Below, one piece after another: positions 38,434-49,232 of a DNA stretch of 64,000 nt. The notes below the pieces were generated by a model that did not search any database, had not been told where the DNA came from, and saw nothing but the letters and a program-made list of their open reading frames with translations. The stretch comes from Pseudomonadota bacterium. GTDB lineage: Bacteria; Chloroflexota; UBA5177. The DNA lies in assembly GCA_021324655.1 (NCBI GenBank), contig JAJPIP010000041.1, positions 49 to 64,048 on the forward strand. Direction: 5' to 3'. Position 1 is the first letter of the stretch. Each line of letters opens with the position of its first letter. The translations under genes and the position numbers were made by a program.

Positions 38434-39179
38434 AACCCGATCGGGCGTGACTTGGCCAATCCGACGCGGCGCGGGTAGCCGGACGGCGTCGGACCGGTCT
38501 TCTCATAGACGACAACCACGCGGTCCTCGCCCAGCCCCAGATCACCGGGCACTTCGTCCACAGAGGAGAGCCGGACATGCAGACGGCGAGCGGCCTCACC
38601 TGCCAGCTCCACCTCCCTGTCAACCCCGACGGTCTTGGGAAAGAGGAGCAGCCCACCGGGCCGCACGAGCGGAGCACAGAGCTCGAGGAGCGTCGGCATG
38701 GCGGCAAGCGCCCGAGCCACGCAGAGGTCGGCGCGGTCGCGGTAGGCAGGGCGTCGCCCGACTTCCTCGGCGCGCGCATTGACGACCGTGACACCGGATA
38801 GTCCCAGCTCACGCACCACGCTCTCCAGGAACTTGGTCTTCTTGCCGACCGAGTCGACGAGGGTCAGCGACCAATCGGGAAACACGATCTTGAGCGGCAG
38901 CCCCGGTAGGCCCGCGCCGGCGCCGACGTCGACGCAACGAATTGACCCTCTAAACCCATCGGGAAGCGCGGCAGTCAGACTGAGAGCATCCAGAAACAGT
39001 GACGACATCACACCGGCCGGGTCCCGTATTGCCGTCAAGTTCGTGTGGACGTTGGTCTCGAGCAGTAATTGGCAGTACCGAACGAAGGCGTCACGCTGAC
39101 CATCATCGAGGTTGATGCCCAGCAGTTCTGCCCCCCGGGATAGGGCCGGATACGCCTCAGCACACGAGTTGGACGACAT
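38430..39179 (-). CDS. rsmG: 16S rRNA (guanine527-N7)-methyltransferase RsmG (GidB)
   Basis: 'HTNLTAIRDPAGVMSSLFLDAL', 'VDVGAGAGLPGLPLKI', 'ARA'. Start at 'MSSNSCAE'; the long extension in the ORF track is rejected. Confidence 0.88.
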   Translation of the reverse strand: MSSNSCAEAYPALSRGAELLGINLDDGQRDAFVRYCQLLLETNVHTNLTAIRDPAGVMSSLFLDALSLTAALPDGFRGSIRCVDVGAGAGLPGLPLKIVFPDWSLTLVDSVGKKTKFLESVVRELGLSGVTVVNARAEEVGRRPAYRDRADLCVARALAAMPTLLELCAPLVRPGGLLLFPKTVGVDREVELAGEAARRLHVRLSSVDEVPGDLGLGEDRVVVVYEKTGPTPSGYPRRVGLAKSRPIGF

Positions 39180-39291
39180 GATCAACAGTCCCCTCTGGGA
39201 TAGCGCCGCGCCGGCAAGTCTTCCTGGCAGATCCCGTTGCGCGCCGGCGCCTCTGATTCCATAATGGTCCATCTCATGGCAGGAGCGGGTC

Positions 39292-40536
39292 GTGACACGA
39301 GCGTTCGGACTGCGTCTGGTATTGATCGTTCTGGTTGTCGCGGGAGCGACACTGTTTGGCGGTCTGGCCCGCCAGGCGTGGAGTGACAGCCAGGCGCACG
39401 GCCACATGATGGCGGCACGCATCGGTGCTCTCGCGGCCCTCCGGCACGCTCGCGCCGTCGGCGTGCCCGTATCCCGCCTCGCGCCCCTGCAGACGCGCTT
39501 GCGAACACTCGACTCCACGGCGGCGCCGTCGGCAACGTTGATCGTCGGCACCGAAGCGACGAGGTTCTACGACGGCCAGGCGCGCTCGTATCGAGAGGTG
39601 CGTCGAGCAATTTATCGAACGATCAACCAGGTGACCGCCGAGATGCGCACGCAGGCGCGGGCCGTCTTATCCGACCTGGCATCGGAGATGCGGACCGCCC
39701 GCGCGCTCCGACTGCACCCGCTCCACGCTGACGCCGTCTACCAGTCGTCGCTCCAGGCCATTTCTCTGTCGTCAACCACGCCCCGGCAGTACGCCACGCT
39801 CCTGGCGTCACTGCAACCCGCGAGGTCGACACTCCGGAAGTCGATCGCCGCGCGCCAGGCTGCCATCGGTACCATCGTCAGCTCCGCCGGGAACTCCGTC
39901 GCGGGCATTCAGAAGCGTGCGGAGGCAGAAGTCGGAAGTGTGATGCCGCAAGTCGCGCTGTTGACGCTGGTTTCATCCCATGCTCCGGAGCTGTCTGCCA
40001 CGCTGCTCTCAGCCCAGCACGTCGTCGATGACCAGTCATCCGTGACATCCGCTGCCGCCGCCGACGTGGAACTGGGCAGCCGCATCTCGTACGTCCGGTC
40101 GGTTCTGGCTCGGGATCTCCCTGCCAGGATGATCGTCGTCTCCACCGAGAAGCAGTGGGCATGGATGTACCAGAACGGCAATCCGGTGTACAACACGCCG
40201 GTGACGACAGGCGGTCCGGAGTTACCGACCTACCACGGCGTTTTTCATATCTACATGAAGGTCACGCCCTGGGTGTTCCACTCTCCGTTTCCCCCAGGTT
40301 CGCCGTACTATTACAACCCGACTCCGATCACGTATTGGATGCCGTTCGATGGGCAGCAAGGATTGCACGATGCCTGGTGGCGCTCCAATTTCGGTCCCGG
40401 ATCCAACGTGCAGCCGACCGACCTCGGCAACGGGAACACGATTCTCGGCACGCACGGGTGTGTCAATCTCCCCATGGCGGCGGCTCAGTTCGTGTGGAAC
40501 TGGGCGCCGTTGGGCACGACGGTCGTCGTGAACTAG
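39292..40536 (+). CDS. L,D-transpeptidase (YkuD domain) with long N-terminal low-complexity region and signal/TM anchor
   Basis: C-terminal 'HGVFHIYMKV…GTHGCVNLPMAAAQFVWNW' catalytic His/Cys motif of YkuD. Confidence 0.8.
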   Translation: MTRAFGLRLVLIVLVVAGATLFGGLARQAWSDSQAHGHMMAARIGALAALRHARAVGVPVSRLAPLQTRLRTLDSTAAPSATLIVGTEATRFYDGQARSYREVRRAIYRTINQVTAEMRTQARAVLSDLASEMRTARALRLHPLHADAVYQSSLQAISLSSTTPRQYATLLASLQPARSTLRKSIAARQAAIGTIVSSAGNSVAGIQKRAEAEVGSVMPQVALLTLVSSHAPELSATLLSAQHVVDDQSSVTSAAAADVELGSRISYVRSVLARDLPARMIVVSTEKQWAWMYQNGNPVYNTPVTTGGPELPTYHGVFHIYMKVTPWVFHSPFPPGSPYYYNPTPITYWMPFDGQQGLHDAWWRSNFGPGSNVQPTDLGNGNTILGTHGCVNLPMAAAQFVWNWAPLGTTVVVN

Positions 40537-41006
40537 CGCTCGAGTCCGACTCGCCGGCGGGGACGGGATCCCCACCGGATGACCGCTCCCAGGATGTAGG
40601 TGAGTGACGCAAAGACGGCGACATAGACGCCGAAACCGCCAACCACGCCCTGGCACTGAATACAGGCGTACTTGCCTACTTCAAAAACGGAGAGCAGCAA
40701 AAGAATGATCCCCAGCAGGAAGTAGAGCAGAGGTGAGGAGAACGGCAGCGGGGACAGACCGAACTCGAGAGCGGCCACCGGATACAGAACCAGGAAAATC
40801 GTCGCCAGAAATATGACGATGACGATCACCGAGTAGACCTCGGAATAGGTGAAGGCCCATTGATCGTGGGCGCCCTGGACGTTGGTGACGAACCACGGCA
40901 AGAAGAGGCTCACCAGCGTCAACAGGGATGAGACAAGAACCACCCAGTCGCCAAGCGTGATACGGCGCAGCTCAAAGCCGCGTCGCCGTGGGCGGGCCCT
41001 CCCCAT
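40533..41006 (-). CDS. Hypothetical membrane protein (157 aa, 4 TM)
   Basis: ORF convergent with and 4 nt overlapping the L,D-transpeptidase. No motif recognised. Confidence 0.35.
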   Translation of the reverse strand: MGRARPRRRGFELRRITLGDWVVLVSSLLTLVSLFLPWFVTNVQGAHDQWAFTYSEVYSVIVIVIFLATIFLVLYPVAALEFGLSPLPFSSPLLYFLLGIILLLLSVFEVGKYACIQCQGVVGGFGVYVAVFASLTYILGAVIRWGSRPRRRVGLER

Positions 41007-41180
41007 AGCGCCTCCCTAACGCCATAAATCTGTTGCAGTGTACACGGAGACGCCGCGCGGAGGGCGGGAATCCTCTTTGTGCTACTCTCGAATTGGCTCC
41101 CGAAGGCCGTTTCGGTCACCTCACACCGGCGGCGGAGAGTCACTCGGGCGTCGCTACCCGATCATCAGAAGCAGGGTGTC

Positions 41181-41540
41181 ATGCTGACTGAATACATTCC
41201 GATTCTGATCCTGTCGCTGCTCGCCGGCGGCTTCGCCCTCACCAATATCGCCGTGACGCTCTTGTCCGGTCCATACCGCCCGAGCCGAGAAAAGCTGGCT
41301 CCGTACGAGTCCGGCATGACCGAGATCCAGCCCCCGCGGCAACGGTTCCCGGTCAAGTTCTATGTGATCGCTATGCTGTTTCTTCTCTTTGACATCGAAG
41401 GTGTCTCGTTCTTCCCGTGGGCCATCATCCTGCGCGGACTGCGGTTCCCGGGCTTCGTCGAGATGCTTATTTTCGTCCTGATCCTTGCGGTCGGATACGT
41501 CTTTCTCTGGAAGAAGGGAGCGTTAACGTGGGAACGCTAA
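41181..41540 (+). CDS. nuoA: NADH-quinone oxidoreductase subunit A
   Basis: '[20 protein letters not shown]…YESGM…[14 protein letters not shown]'. The upstream extension in the ORF track is rejected. Confidence 0.93.
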   Translation: MLTEYIPILILSLLAGGFALTNIAVTLLSGPYRPSREKLAPYESGMTEIQPPRQRFPVKFYVIAMLFLLFDIEGVSFFPWAIILRGLRFPGFVEMLIFVLILAVGYVFLWKKGALTWER

Positions 41541-42109
41541 ATCCCGAGATGATGGGAGACGAGGTTCCGATCATCGAAGCCCCGACACTTCGGCGCCTGG
41601 AAGAAGCCGGGTTCGTGGCCGCGGGACAGGGAGGATTCCTGACGACCACGGTTGACGCGATGGCAGATTGGGCCCGCGCCAATTCGATCTGGCCGGCTCT
41701 TTTCGGCCTGGCGTGCTGCGCCATCGAGATGATGGCGATGAGCGCCTCGCGCTGGGACATCGCCCGTTTCGGAGCGGAGGCGTTTCGCGCCTCCCCTCGC
41801 CAGTCGGATCTCATGATCGTCGCCGGCCGTCTATCGACCAAGATGGCGCCAGTGCTCCGTCAGATTTACGATCAGATGCCGGATCCGAAGTGGGTTATCA
41901 GCATGGGGGCCTGCGCCTCCACGGGCGGCGTATTCAATAACTACGCGATCGTGCAGGGGGTGGATCAGATTGTCCCGGTGGACGTGTACGTGCCCGGCTG
42001 TCCTCCTACCCCGGACATGCTGATGTACGGGTTCACCATGCTGCAGGACAAGATCAAGCGAGGCGAGCCGCCCGCCTCCGACAAACTTCTCAGCGGACGG
42101 GGCGTCTAA
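41528..42109 (+). CDS. nuoB: NADH-quinone oxidoreductase subunit B (N2 cluster)
   Basis: '[16 protein letters not shown]', '[34 protein letters not shown]'. GTG start overlaps the nuoA end. Confidence 0.93.
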   Translation: MGTLNPEMMGDEVPIIEAPTLRRLEEAGFVAAGQGGFLTTTVDAMADWARANSIWPALFGLACCAIEMMAMSASRWDIARFGAEAFRASPRQSDLMIVAGRLSTKMAPVLRQIYDQMPDPKWVISMGACASTGGVFNNYAIVQGVDQIVPVDVYVPGCPPTPDMLMYGFTMLQDKIKRGEPPASDKLLSGRGV

Positions 42110-42603
42110 TGGTCGGCCCAGTCGAGGCGGCGGAGGCGTTGCGGCGAGACTTCGGCGGCGACGTCCTGGACGTCGTTCACTTTCGCGGCGAGGTCTCGGT
42201 GCTGGTCCGGCGCGAGAACATCGTGCCGATCGCCACGTACTGCCGGGAGGAACTCGAGTACAACTTTCTCTCCGATCTCACCTGCGTCGACTGGCTCGGG
42301 CGCGAGCCGAGATTCGACGTCGTCTATCACCTGACGTCGCTCGTGTCGTGGACCCGCCTGCGCCTCAAGGTGCAGACCGAGGAGGACGAGGCGGTTCCCA
42401 CCGTGTCCGGTGTATGGGGAGCGGCCAACTGGGCCGAGCGCGAAGTATACGATCTGTTCGGCATCGGTTTCGAGGGACACCCTGACCTTACTCGATTGCT
42501 GATGCCGTCGGGCTGGATCGGGCATCCGCTCCGCAAGGACTACCGCCAATCGGAAATTGCCTTACCTCGCCCCAAGACAGACAAGGTGTTGGAGACGCAG
42601 TAA
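42109..42603 (+). CDS. nuoC: NADH-quinone oxidoreductase subunit C
   Basis: 'EREVYDLFGIGFEGHPDLTRLLMPSGWIGHPLRKDY'. Confidence 0.93.
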   Translation: MVGPVEAAEALRRDFGGDVLDVVHFRGEVSVLVRRENIVPIATYCREELEYNFLSDLTCVDWLGREPRFDVVYHLTSLVSWTRLRLKVQTEEDEAVPTVSGVWGAANWAEREVYDLFGIGFEGHPDLTRLLMPSGWIGHPLRKDYRQSEIALPRPKTDKVLETQ

Positions 42604-43784
42604 TGGCCATCCAACCGCGCGAAGACACGATGATCCTCAACCTGGGGCCGCAGCATCCGTCCACGCACGGAGTGCTGCGCGTGCTGGTGGAACTGGAGGG
42701 CGAGACTGTACTCAACGTGAAGCCGGACATCGGATACCTCCACACAGGGATCGAGAAGTCCGGGGAACGTCTCAAGTACCAACAGGTCATTACCCTCTGC
42801 GACCGGATGGGCTACCTCGACAACATGATGGATGAGCTGGCGTACGTGCTGGCGGTCGAGAAGTTGTTGGGGATCGAGGTGCCGGAGCGCGTCAAATGGA
42901 TCCGCGTCCTGCTCGCCGAGCTCGAACGCATCTCGAGTCACCTCGTCTGGATCGGGACCCACGGGCTGGACCTGGGCGCGATGAGCATGTTCATGTATGC
43001 CTTCCGTGAGCGTGAGAAGATCCTGGACATCAAAGAAAATCTGTCGGGTGTCCGGATGATGACGAGTTTCATCCGCATCGGCGGGTTGGCTCAGGATCTC
43101 ACTCCGCAGTTCGAGCCGATGGTTCGCGAATTCATCCGCTACTTCCCGCAACGTCTGCAGGAGTACAACGAGCTCCTCACCAAGAATGAGATCTGGGTCG
43201 AGCGCACGAAGGGAGTCGGCGTGCTCCCGCCCGACGTCGCGATCAACATGGGATGCTCCGGCCCGACCCTTCGCGGCTCCGGCGTCCCGTATGACGTGCG
43301 AAAAACGATGCCGTACAGCGGCTACGAGAACTTTGACTTCGAGGTGATGGTAGGCCGAAACGGCGACGTGTACGACCGTTTCTGGGTGCGAATTCAAGAG
43401 ATGGCACAGAGCCTGCGTATCGTGGAACAGGCGCTTGACGGACTCCCCGAAGGTCCGTGGCGAATCGACGATCGCAAGATCGTGCCGCCGCCGAAAGACG
43501 AGATCGTCACCAGCATGGAGTCGCTCATCCATCACTTCAAGCTGTACACGGAGGGGCTGAAGCCGCCCGTGGGTGAGGTGTATCAGGCCATCGAAGGTGG
43601 CCGGGGAGAGATGGGCTACTACGTGGTCAGCAATGCGACGGGTAAGCCCTACCGATTCCATATGCGTGCGCCATCGTTCTACAACCTACAGGCTCTGCCG
43701 AAGATGGCACACCGTTGCCTCATCGCCGACCTGGTCGCGATTATCGGGAGCACCGACATCGTCCTGGGGGAGATCGACCGCTAG
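42603..43784 (+). CDS. nuoD: NADH-quinone oxidoreductase subunit D (49 kDa)
   Basis: 'NLGPQHPSTHGVLRV', 'RAPSFYNLQALP'. Confidence 0.95.
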   Translation: MAIQPREDTMILNLGPQHPSTHGVLRVLVELEGETVLNVKPDIGYLHTGIEKSGERLKYQQVITLCDRMGYLDNMMDELAYVLAVEKLLGIEVPERVKWIRVLLAELERISSHLVWIGTHGLDLGAMSMFMYAFREREKILDIKENLSGVRMMTSFIRIGGLAQDLTPQFEPMVREFIRYFPQRLQEYNELLTKNEIWVERTKGVGVLPPDVAINMGCSGPTLRGSGVPYDVRKTMPYSGYENFDFEVMVGRNGDVYDRFWVRIQEMAQSLRIVEQALDGLPEGPWRIDDRKIVPPPKDEIVTSMESLIHHFKLYTEGLKPPVGEVYQAIEGGRGEMGYYVVSNATGKPYRFHMRAPSFYNLQALPKMAHRCLIADLVAIIGSTDIVLGEIDR

Positions 43785-44333
43785 ATGGCCGTTCTTACTG
43801 ACGACGCGCGCCGGCGGATCGGCGAGTATGCGGCACTGTACCCGGCGGCGCGGTCGGCGCTGCTGCCGGCACTGCACGTGGCACAGAACGAACTCGGTTG
43901 GCTGCCGCGCGACGCAATGGAAGAGGTGGCAGAGCTGCTGGGCCTGGACTGGGACCAGGTGGAGGAAGTCGCGAGCTTCTACACGATGTACTACAAGGAT
44001 CCCGTCGGCACCTACGTCCTGGAAGTGTGCAAGACGGTTCCCTGCGCCTATCTCGGCGCCGACGACATCATCGACTACGTCTCCGCCAAATTGGGTATCC
44101 AGCCGGGTGAGACCACCGCCGACGGTATGTTTACGCTCTTCCGCGTCGAGTGCCTCGCCGCCTGTCACCGCGCCCCGGTCATGCAGGTCAATCATCGGTA
44201 CTACCAGAACCTCACTCCGGAGCGCGTTGATGCCCTCATCGAGGCCGCGCGCCAGCTGCAACTGCAATCGGCGGGTGCCCCGGGGTTCGCGATCCGGCGC
44301 ACCTGGTCGGAATCCGTGGAGAACGCCCAGTGA
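43785..44333 (+). CDS. nuoE: NADH-quinone oxidoreductase subunit E (24 kDa, 2Fe-2S)
   Basis: 'VCKTVPCAY…ECLAACHRAPVMQVN'. Confidence 0.93.
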   Translation: MAVLTDDARRRIGEYAALYPAARSALLPALHVAQNELGWLPRDAMEEVAELLGLDWDQVEEVASFYTMYYKDPVGTYVLEVCKTVPCAYLGADDIIDYVSAKLGIQPGETTADGMFTLFRVECLAACHRAPVMQVNHRYYQNLTPERVDALIEAARQLQLQSAGAPGFAIRRTWSESVENAQ

Positions 44334-45622
44334 GCAAAGAACCGATTCTCTTCAAGCACCTCGCCGTGCCCGATATCAACAAGCTCGGCGTCTACGTGGA
44401 AAACGGCGGATATGAGGGGTTGCGAAAAGCAGTGACCGACATGAAGCCGGAAGATGTGACCAAAGAGGTCAGCGACTCGGGTCTACGGGGACGCGGCGGG
44501 GCCGGCTTTCCCACAGGCCGCAAGTGGAGCTTCATTCCGAAGGGTGTCCTGCCGACGTACCTGGTCGTCAATGCCGACGAAAGTGAGCCGGGAGCATTCA
44601 AGGACCGCGAGTTGATGGAGCGGAATCCCCATCAACTTCTGGAAGGCGTCGCCCTCTCTGCTTACGCCATCGGATGCCGCCTCGCCTTCATTTACGTGCG
44701 CGGCGAGTTTCTGTACATCCAGGAGATTCTGGATGCCGCGCTCGCGGAGGCCTACGCGGGCGGATATCTCGGCAAGAACATCTTCGGTTCCGGCTATGAC
44801 ATTGAGATCGTCGTCCACCGCGGAGCCGGCGCCTACATCTGTGGAGAGGAAAGCGCCCTCCTTGATTCTCTCGAGGGATACCGAGGGTTTCCGCGGCTCC
44901 GCCCTCCGTTCCCGGCGGTCAAGGGCTTGTACGGGCAGCCCACCGTTATCAATAACGTCGAGACTCTCGCCAACGTGCCGCATATCGTGCGTCACGGCTC
45001 AGCCTGGTTCCGCTCGTACGGCACCGAGAAGAGCCCGGGGACAAAGATCTGCTCTATCAGCGGTCCGGTCCAGAAGCCGGGCAACTATGAACTCGAGATG
45101 GGAACCCCGTTCCGCGTCCTGCTGGAGGAGAAGGCGGGCGGCATGCTGCCCGGCAAGACGTTGAAGGCCTACATCCCGGGGGGCGCGTCGGCGCCCATGC
45201 TCCCTAATCGGCCGGAGTTCATCGATGTCCCCATCACGTATGAGGACTATCCGGCGGTCGGCTCGACCATGGGCTCGGCCAGCTTCATCCTGATCCCGGA
45301 GGACGTGTGCATCATCTACGCCCAGCTGCGGATCAGCGAGTTTTTTGCGCACGAATCGTGCGGCAAGTGCATCCCGTGCCGTGAAGGGACTCCCTGGTTG
45401 ATGAAGACCGTACGGCGCATCGAGCGAGGGGAAGGTCGAGAGGACGACTTGCCTCTGCTCCTGGATATCTGTGACAACATTCTGGGAAGGTCGTTCTGCG
45501 CGTTGGGTGACTTCTCGACGTCGAACATCGTGGCGTCGATCAAGTACTTCTACGACGAGTATGAAGAGCACATCCGCCGCCGCGCCTGCCCCCACATCTC
45601 CGCGACGGCCGCCGTCGCCTAG
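44330..45622 (+). CDS. nuoF: NADH-quinone oxidoreductase subunit F (51 kDa, FMN/NADH, N3)
   Basis: 'GRGGAGFPTGRKW', 'ESCGKCIPCREG', 'CALGD'. Confidence 0.95.
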   Translation: MSKEPILFKHLAVPDINKLGVYVENGGYEGLRKAVTDMKPEDVTKEVSDSGLRGRGGAGFPTGRKWSFIPKGVLPTYLVVNADESEPGAFKDRELMERNPHQLLEGVALSAYAIGCRLAFIYVRGEFLYIQEILDAALAEAYAGGYLGKNIFGSGYDIEIVVHRGAGAYICGEESALLDSLEGYRGFPRLRPPFPAVKGLYGQPTVINNVETLANVPHIVRHGSAWFRSYGTEKSPGTKICSISGPVQKPGNYELEMGTPFRVLLEEKAGGMLPGKTLKAYIPGGASAPMLPNRPEFIDVPITYEDYPAVGSTMGSASFILIPEDVCIIYAQLRISEFFAHESCGKCIPCREGTPWLMKTVRRIERGEGREDDLPLLLDICDNILGRSFCALGDFSTSNIVASIKYFYDEYEEHIRRRACPHISATAAVA

Positions 45623-45631
45623 GGAGCCCCA

Positions 45632-47698
45632 GTGGACGACCTGGTCAACATCACCGTGGACGGCCTCAAGATGCAGGTGCCGAAGGGAACTCTGCTCTGG
45701 GAGGCATGTCAGGCGCATGGGATAGACATCCCGATCTTTTGCTACCACACCAAGCTGGGACCGGTGGGAGCCTGCCGAACCTGCCTGGTGGAAGTCGAGG
45801 GCATGACCAAGGGCCCGATTACCGCGTGCTCGACTCCTGTCACCGATGGCATGGTCGTTCGCACGCGCAGCCCGATTGCCCAGAAAGCACAGCGTGGAAT
45901 CCTTGAGTTCCTTCTCCTGAATCACCCGCTGGATTGCCCGATCTGCGACCGCGGCGGAGAGTGCCCGCTGCAGGATCAGACATTCGCCTATGGACCCGGA
46001 AGCAGTCGCTACGTCGAGCCCAAGCGCCATCATGTAAAGCCCATCGTCCTCGGGCCGACCATCGCGCTCGACCGCGAGCGCTGCGTGCTGTGCTGGCGGT
46101 GCGTGCGCTTCACGGCCGAGATCGCCGAGGACAAGTCGATCGTGTTGCTGGACCGGGGTGATCACACGGTGGTCGGCACCTTCCAGGATGAGCCGTACGT
46201 GTCCAACTTCTCCGGCAACGTGGTTGAGCTGTGCCCGGTCGGGGCCCTCACGGCGCGCAAGCAGCGTTTCAATTTCCGTCCCTGGGAGCTGCAAAACCGG
46301 CCGAGCATCTGCCCGCACTGCGCCTTCGGCTGCAACATCAACATCTCCGTCCGGAAGAATGACGAGGTCATTCGGTTCCTCTCACGTGACAACCCGGAGG
46401 TGGACGACAGCTGGCTGTGCGACCGCGGACGCTTCGATTTCGAGTTCATCAACAGCCCGCAACGCTTGACGGCCCCGTTGGTGCGCGACGGCGATGCGTT
46501 TCTGGAAGTGTCATGGACGGAAGCGTTTGAGCTGATTTCAAACCGCTTGCGGTCCATCCTGGACGAATCCGGGGCACACGCGCTGGCCGGCATTGCCGCG
46601 GCGCGTATGACGAACGAGGGTCTCCATGTGTTCAAACGCTTCATGCGTGACGTGGTTGGAACCGGACTGGTCGATCACACGCCGCGCCCGAACCTTCGCC
46701 TGACGCCGGGCCAGCAACAGGCCTTCGCGCGGCTCGGGCGCAACTTGATGCCCATTGCTGGCCTCGACGATGCCAGGACGATCCTTCTGCTGGGAGCCGA
46801 TCCTTCGGAACGCGAGCCGGTGATGGAGCTCCGCATCCGCCAGGCGGTCAACCGCCACGGCGCGCAACTGGTGATTGCCAACCCTGAGGAGATCACCCTG
46901 TCCCCCAAAGCGAGTCATGCCGCCTCGTATGAGACGGGTGGTTTGGCCGCGTTCATCAGGTCACTCACCAGCGCGCTCCGGCGTGGTCCGCAGGGAAGCA
47001 ATAACGACGATTCGGCCTCCGCTCTCGTCCGCACGTATCTGGCAGAGGGTCCCATCGCCGTGATTTACGACGCGTCATTCCCCGGCACGCTCGACAAAGG
47101 TGATGCCGTACTCGCCCTGGATGACTTCGTGGAAGCGCTCCGGGCGCGGGCCGCGGTCGGCACTCTACCGCTGCTCGACGCGGCCAATTCCATGGGCGCG
47201 CGTGACCTCGATATTCTGCCGCCCGACGGTTGGTCCAGCTCGGTCATCGACGCCCTGCTCGGCCCCGATTCACAGGTTCGCGCCGCCATCCTGGCCGGTG
47301 CCGACCTCGCTGCCGGAGCGGGCGAAGAGACGCTACGGCGCTTGAATCAGTTGGACCTGCTGGTCGTGCAGGAGTTGTTCATGACGGAGACGGCTCGTCT
47401 CGCCGATGTCGTGCTCCCCGCCGCCTCGTTCGCGGAACAGATCGGGACCTTCACCAACAGTGAACGGCGGGTGCAACGACTGCACGAGGCGGTCCCGGCT
47501 CCCGGGGTTGCCCGCGCCGACTGGGAAATCCTCGTCGATCTCTCGCAGCACTTTGACAACGCCCTCCCCTACGCCGGTGCCCGGCAGATCTGGGACGATA
47601 TCCGGCGGACCGTGCCGGCGTACGCCCCGGTCGCGTTCGACAGCATCGGGCCGCGCGGCGTGCGCATCGAAGAGACGCAGGTGCTGGAGAGCGCATGA
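45632..47698 (+). CDS. nuoG: NADH-quinone oxidoreductase subunit G (75 kDa)
   Basis: N-terminal 2Fe-2S/4Fe-4S Cys motifs 'CYHTKLGPVGACRTCLVEV', 'CPICDRGGECPLQD', 'CVLCWRCVRF'. C-terminal molybdopterin-like domain. Confidence 0.95.
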   Translation: MDDLVNITVDGLKMQVPKGTLLWEACQAHGIDIPIFCYHTKLGPVGACRTCLVEVEGMTKGPITACSTPVTDGMVVRTRSPIAQKAQRGILEFLLLNHPLDCPICDRGGECPLQDQTFAYGPGSSRYVEPKRHHVKPIVLGPTIALDRERCVLCWRCVRFTAEIAEDKSIVLLDRGDHTVVGTFQDEPYVSNFSGNVVELCPVGALTARKQRFNFRPWELQNRPSICPHCAFGCNINISVRKNDEVIRFLSRDNPEVDDSWLCDRGRFDFEFINSPQRLTAPLVRDGDAFLEVSWTEAFELISNRLRSILDESGAHALAGIAAARMTNEGLHVFKRFMRDVVGTGLVDHTPRPNLRLTPGQQQAFARLGRNLMPIAGLDDARTILLLGADPSEREPVMELRIRQAVNRHGAQLVIANPEEITLSPKASHAASYETGGLAAFIRSLTSALRRGPQGSNNDDSASALVRTYLAEGPIAVIYDASFPGTLDKGDAVLALDDFVEALRARAAVGTLPLLDAANSMGARDLDILPPDGWSSSVIDALLGPDSQVRAAILAGADLAAGAGEETLRRLNQLDLLVVQELFMTETARLADVVLPAASFAEQIGTFTNSERRVQRLHEAVPAPGVARADWEILVDLSQHFDNALPYAGARQIWDDIRRTVPAYAPVAFDSIGPRGVRIEETQVLESA

Positions 47699-48735
47699 AC
47701 GACTGGGGAGATGTCCTGGTCACCGGCATCATCAAGAGTGTCATTGCCCTCGCGCTCTTGATGGCGGGCGGCGGCCTCCTGACACTCATGGAGCGTAAGA
47801 TCCTGGGCCGGCTGCAGACGCGGTACGGACCAATCCGGGTCGGCCCCTTTGGGTTGCTCCAGCCCCTGGCCGACGGACTGAAAATGCTGCTCAAGGAACA
47901 GCCGGTCCCGGCAAATGCCAAGATCGGCGTCTACCTTGTGGCACCCGCCATTTCTCTATTCGTTGCGTTCATGGCGTTCGCCATCGTGCCGGTCGGGCCG
48001 TCCTTCTTTCTGTTTGGAAAAATGCGCACCCTGTCGGTGACCAACGTCAACATCGGCATGCTGTATTTACTGGCAATCCTTTCGCTGGGCGTTTACGGGG
48101 TTGTCCTGGGTGCCTGGAGCTCCGCCAACCGGTACTCTCTCCTGGGCGGGCTCCGCGCGGGAGCCCAGATGATCTCCTATGAGATCTCGCTCGGGCTCGC
48201 CATTTTGGGAGTCGTCGTGCTGGCCGGAACGCTCTCCCCCATCGGCATTGTCGAAGCGCAGAAGGCCCCCGGCATGACCTGGTTCGTCTTCCTCCAGCCG
48301 GTCGGGTTTTTCCTGTTCATGATCGGCGGGGTGGCTGAAACCAACCGAGCGCCGTTCGACCTTGTCGAAGCCGAACAAGAATTGATCGGCGGCTACTTCA
48401 CGGAGTACGGGGGGATGCGCTGGGGCCTGTACATGCTGGCCGAGTACATCAACATGCTGACGGTGAGCGCTCTTGTCGCCACGCTCTTTCTCGGCGGGTG
48501 GATCGGGATCGGAACCGGCATCCTCTGGACGGTGACCGCCGCTCCCTGGGCACAGCTGCTGGGGGTGTTCTGGTTCTTCGTCAAAGTGGCGTTCTTCATC
48601 TTCGTGTACTTCTGGTTCCGGGCCACACTGCCCCGGATCCGGTACGACCAGCTCATGGGATTCGGCTGGAAAGTGCTGCTCCCGCTCTCGGTCCTGAACA
48701 TGCTGGTCACCGCTCTGTACGTGTCCCTGCGATGA
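47695..48735 (+). CDS. nuoH: NADH-quinone oxidoreductase subunit H
   Basis: 'QTRYGPIRVGPFGLLQPLADGLK', 'ETNRAPFDLVEAEQELIGGYFTEYGGM'. Confidence 0.95.
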   Translation: MNDWGDVLVTGIIKSVIALALLMAGGGLLTLMERKILGRLQTRYGPIRVGPFGLLQPLADGLKMLLKEQPVPANAKIGVYLVAPAISLFVAFMAFAIVPVGPSFFLFGKMRTLSVTNVNIGMLYLLAILSLGVYGVVLGAWSSANRYSLLGGLRAGAQMISYEISLGLAILGVVVLAGTLSPIGIVEAQKAPGMTWFVFLQPVGFFLFMIGGVAETNRAPFDLVEAEQELIGGYFTEYGGMRWGLYMLAEYINMLTVSALVATLFLGGWIGIGTGILWTVTAAPWAQLLGVFWFFVKVAFFIFVYFWFRATLPRIRYDQLMGFGWKVLLPLSVLNMLVTALYVSLR

Positions 48736-48753
48736 TGGGTTGAGAGGACTGAA

Positions 48754-49215
48754 TTGGCATTACTCGAATTCGCCCAGGGCCTGGGAGTCACACTCCGGAA
48801 CATGTTTCGGCCTCCCACGACCATCAAGTATCCGGAGCAGAGGCGTGTTCTTCCCGAGCGCGAGAGAGGACGGCACGTCCTGCATCGCTATGAAAACGGT
48901 CTCGAGCGGTGCATCGGCTGTTACCTGTGCGCCGGCGCCTGTCCGGCGGATTGCATCTACATCGAGGCAGCGGAGAACACGCCCGAGAACCGCGTGTCGG
49001 CCGGAGAGCGGTACGCGCGTGTCTACGAGATCGATATGCTCCGCTGCATCTTCTGTGGCTTCTGTGAAGAAGCCTGTCCGACCGGGGCCATCACGCTCGA
49101 GCCGATTCTCGACATCTCCGATTACTCGCGCGGCCCGATGATCTACACGAAGGACATGCTTCTGGAGCCGCCCCGAAACCTGGACGATCTCGCTGCCGAA
49201 GCCTCACATCGCTAA
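48754..49215 (+). CDS. nuoI: NADH-quinone oxidoreductase subunit I (2x[4Fe-4S])
   Basis: TTG start. 'CIGCYLCAGACP' and 'CIFCGFCEEACP'. Confidence 0.95.
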   Translation: MALLEFAQGLGVTLRNMFRPPTTIKYPEQRRVLPERERGRHVLHRYENGLERCIGCYLCAGACPADCIYIEAAENTPENRVSAGERYARVYEIDMLRCIFCGFCEEACPTGAITLEPILDISDYSRGPMIYTKDMLLEPPRNLDDLAAEASHR

Positions 49216-49232
49216 GACGAGGAGTTTTCACC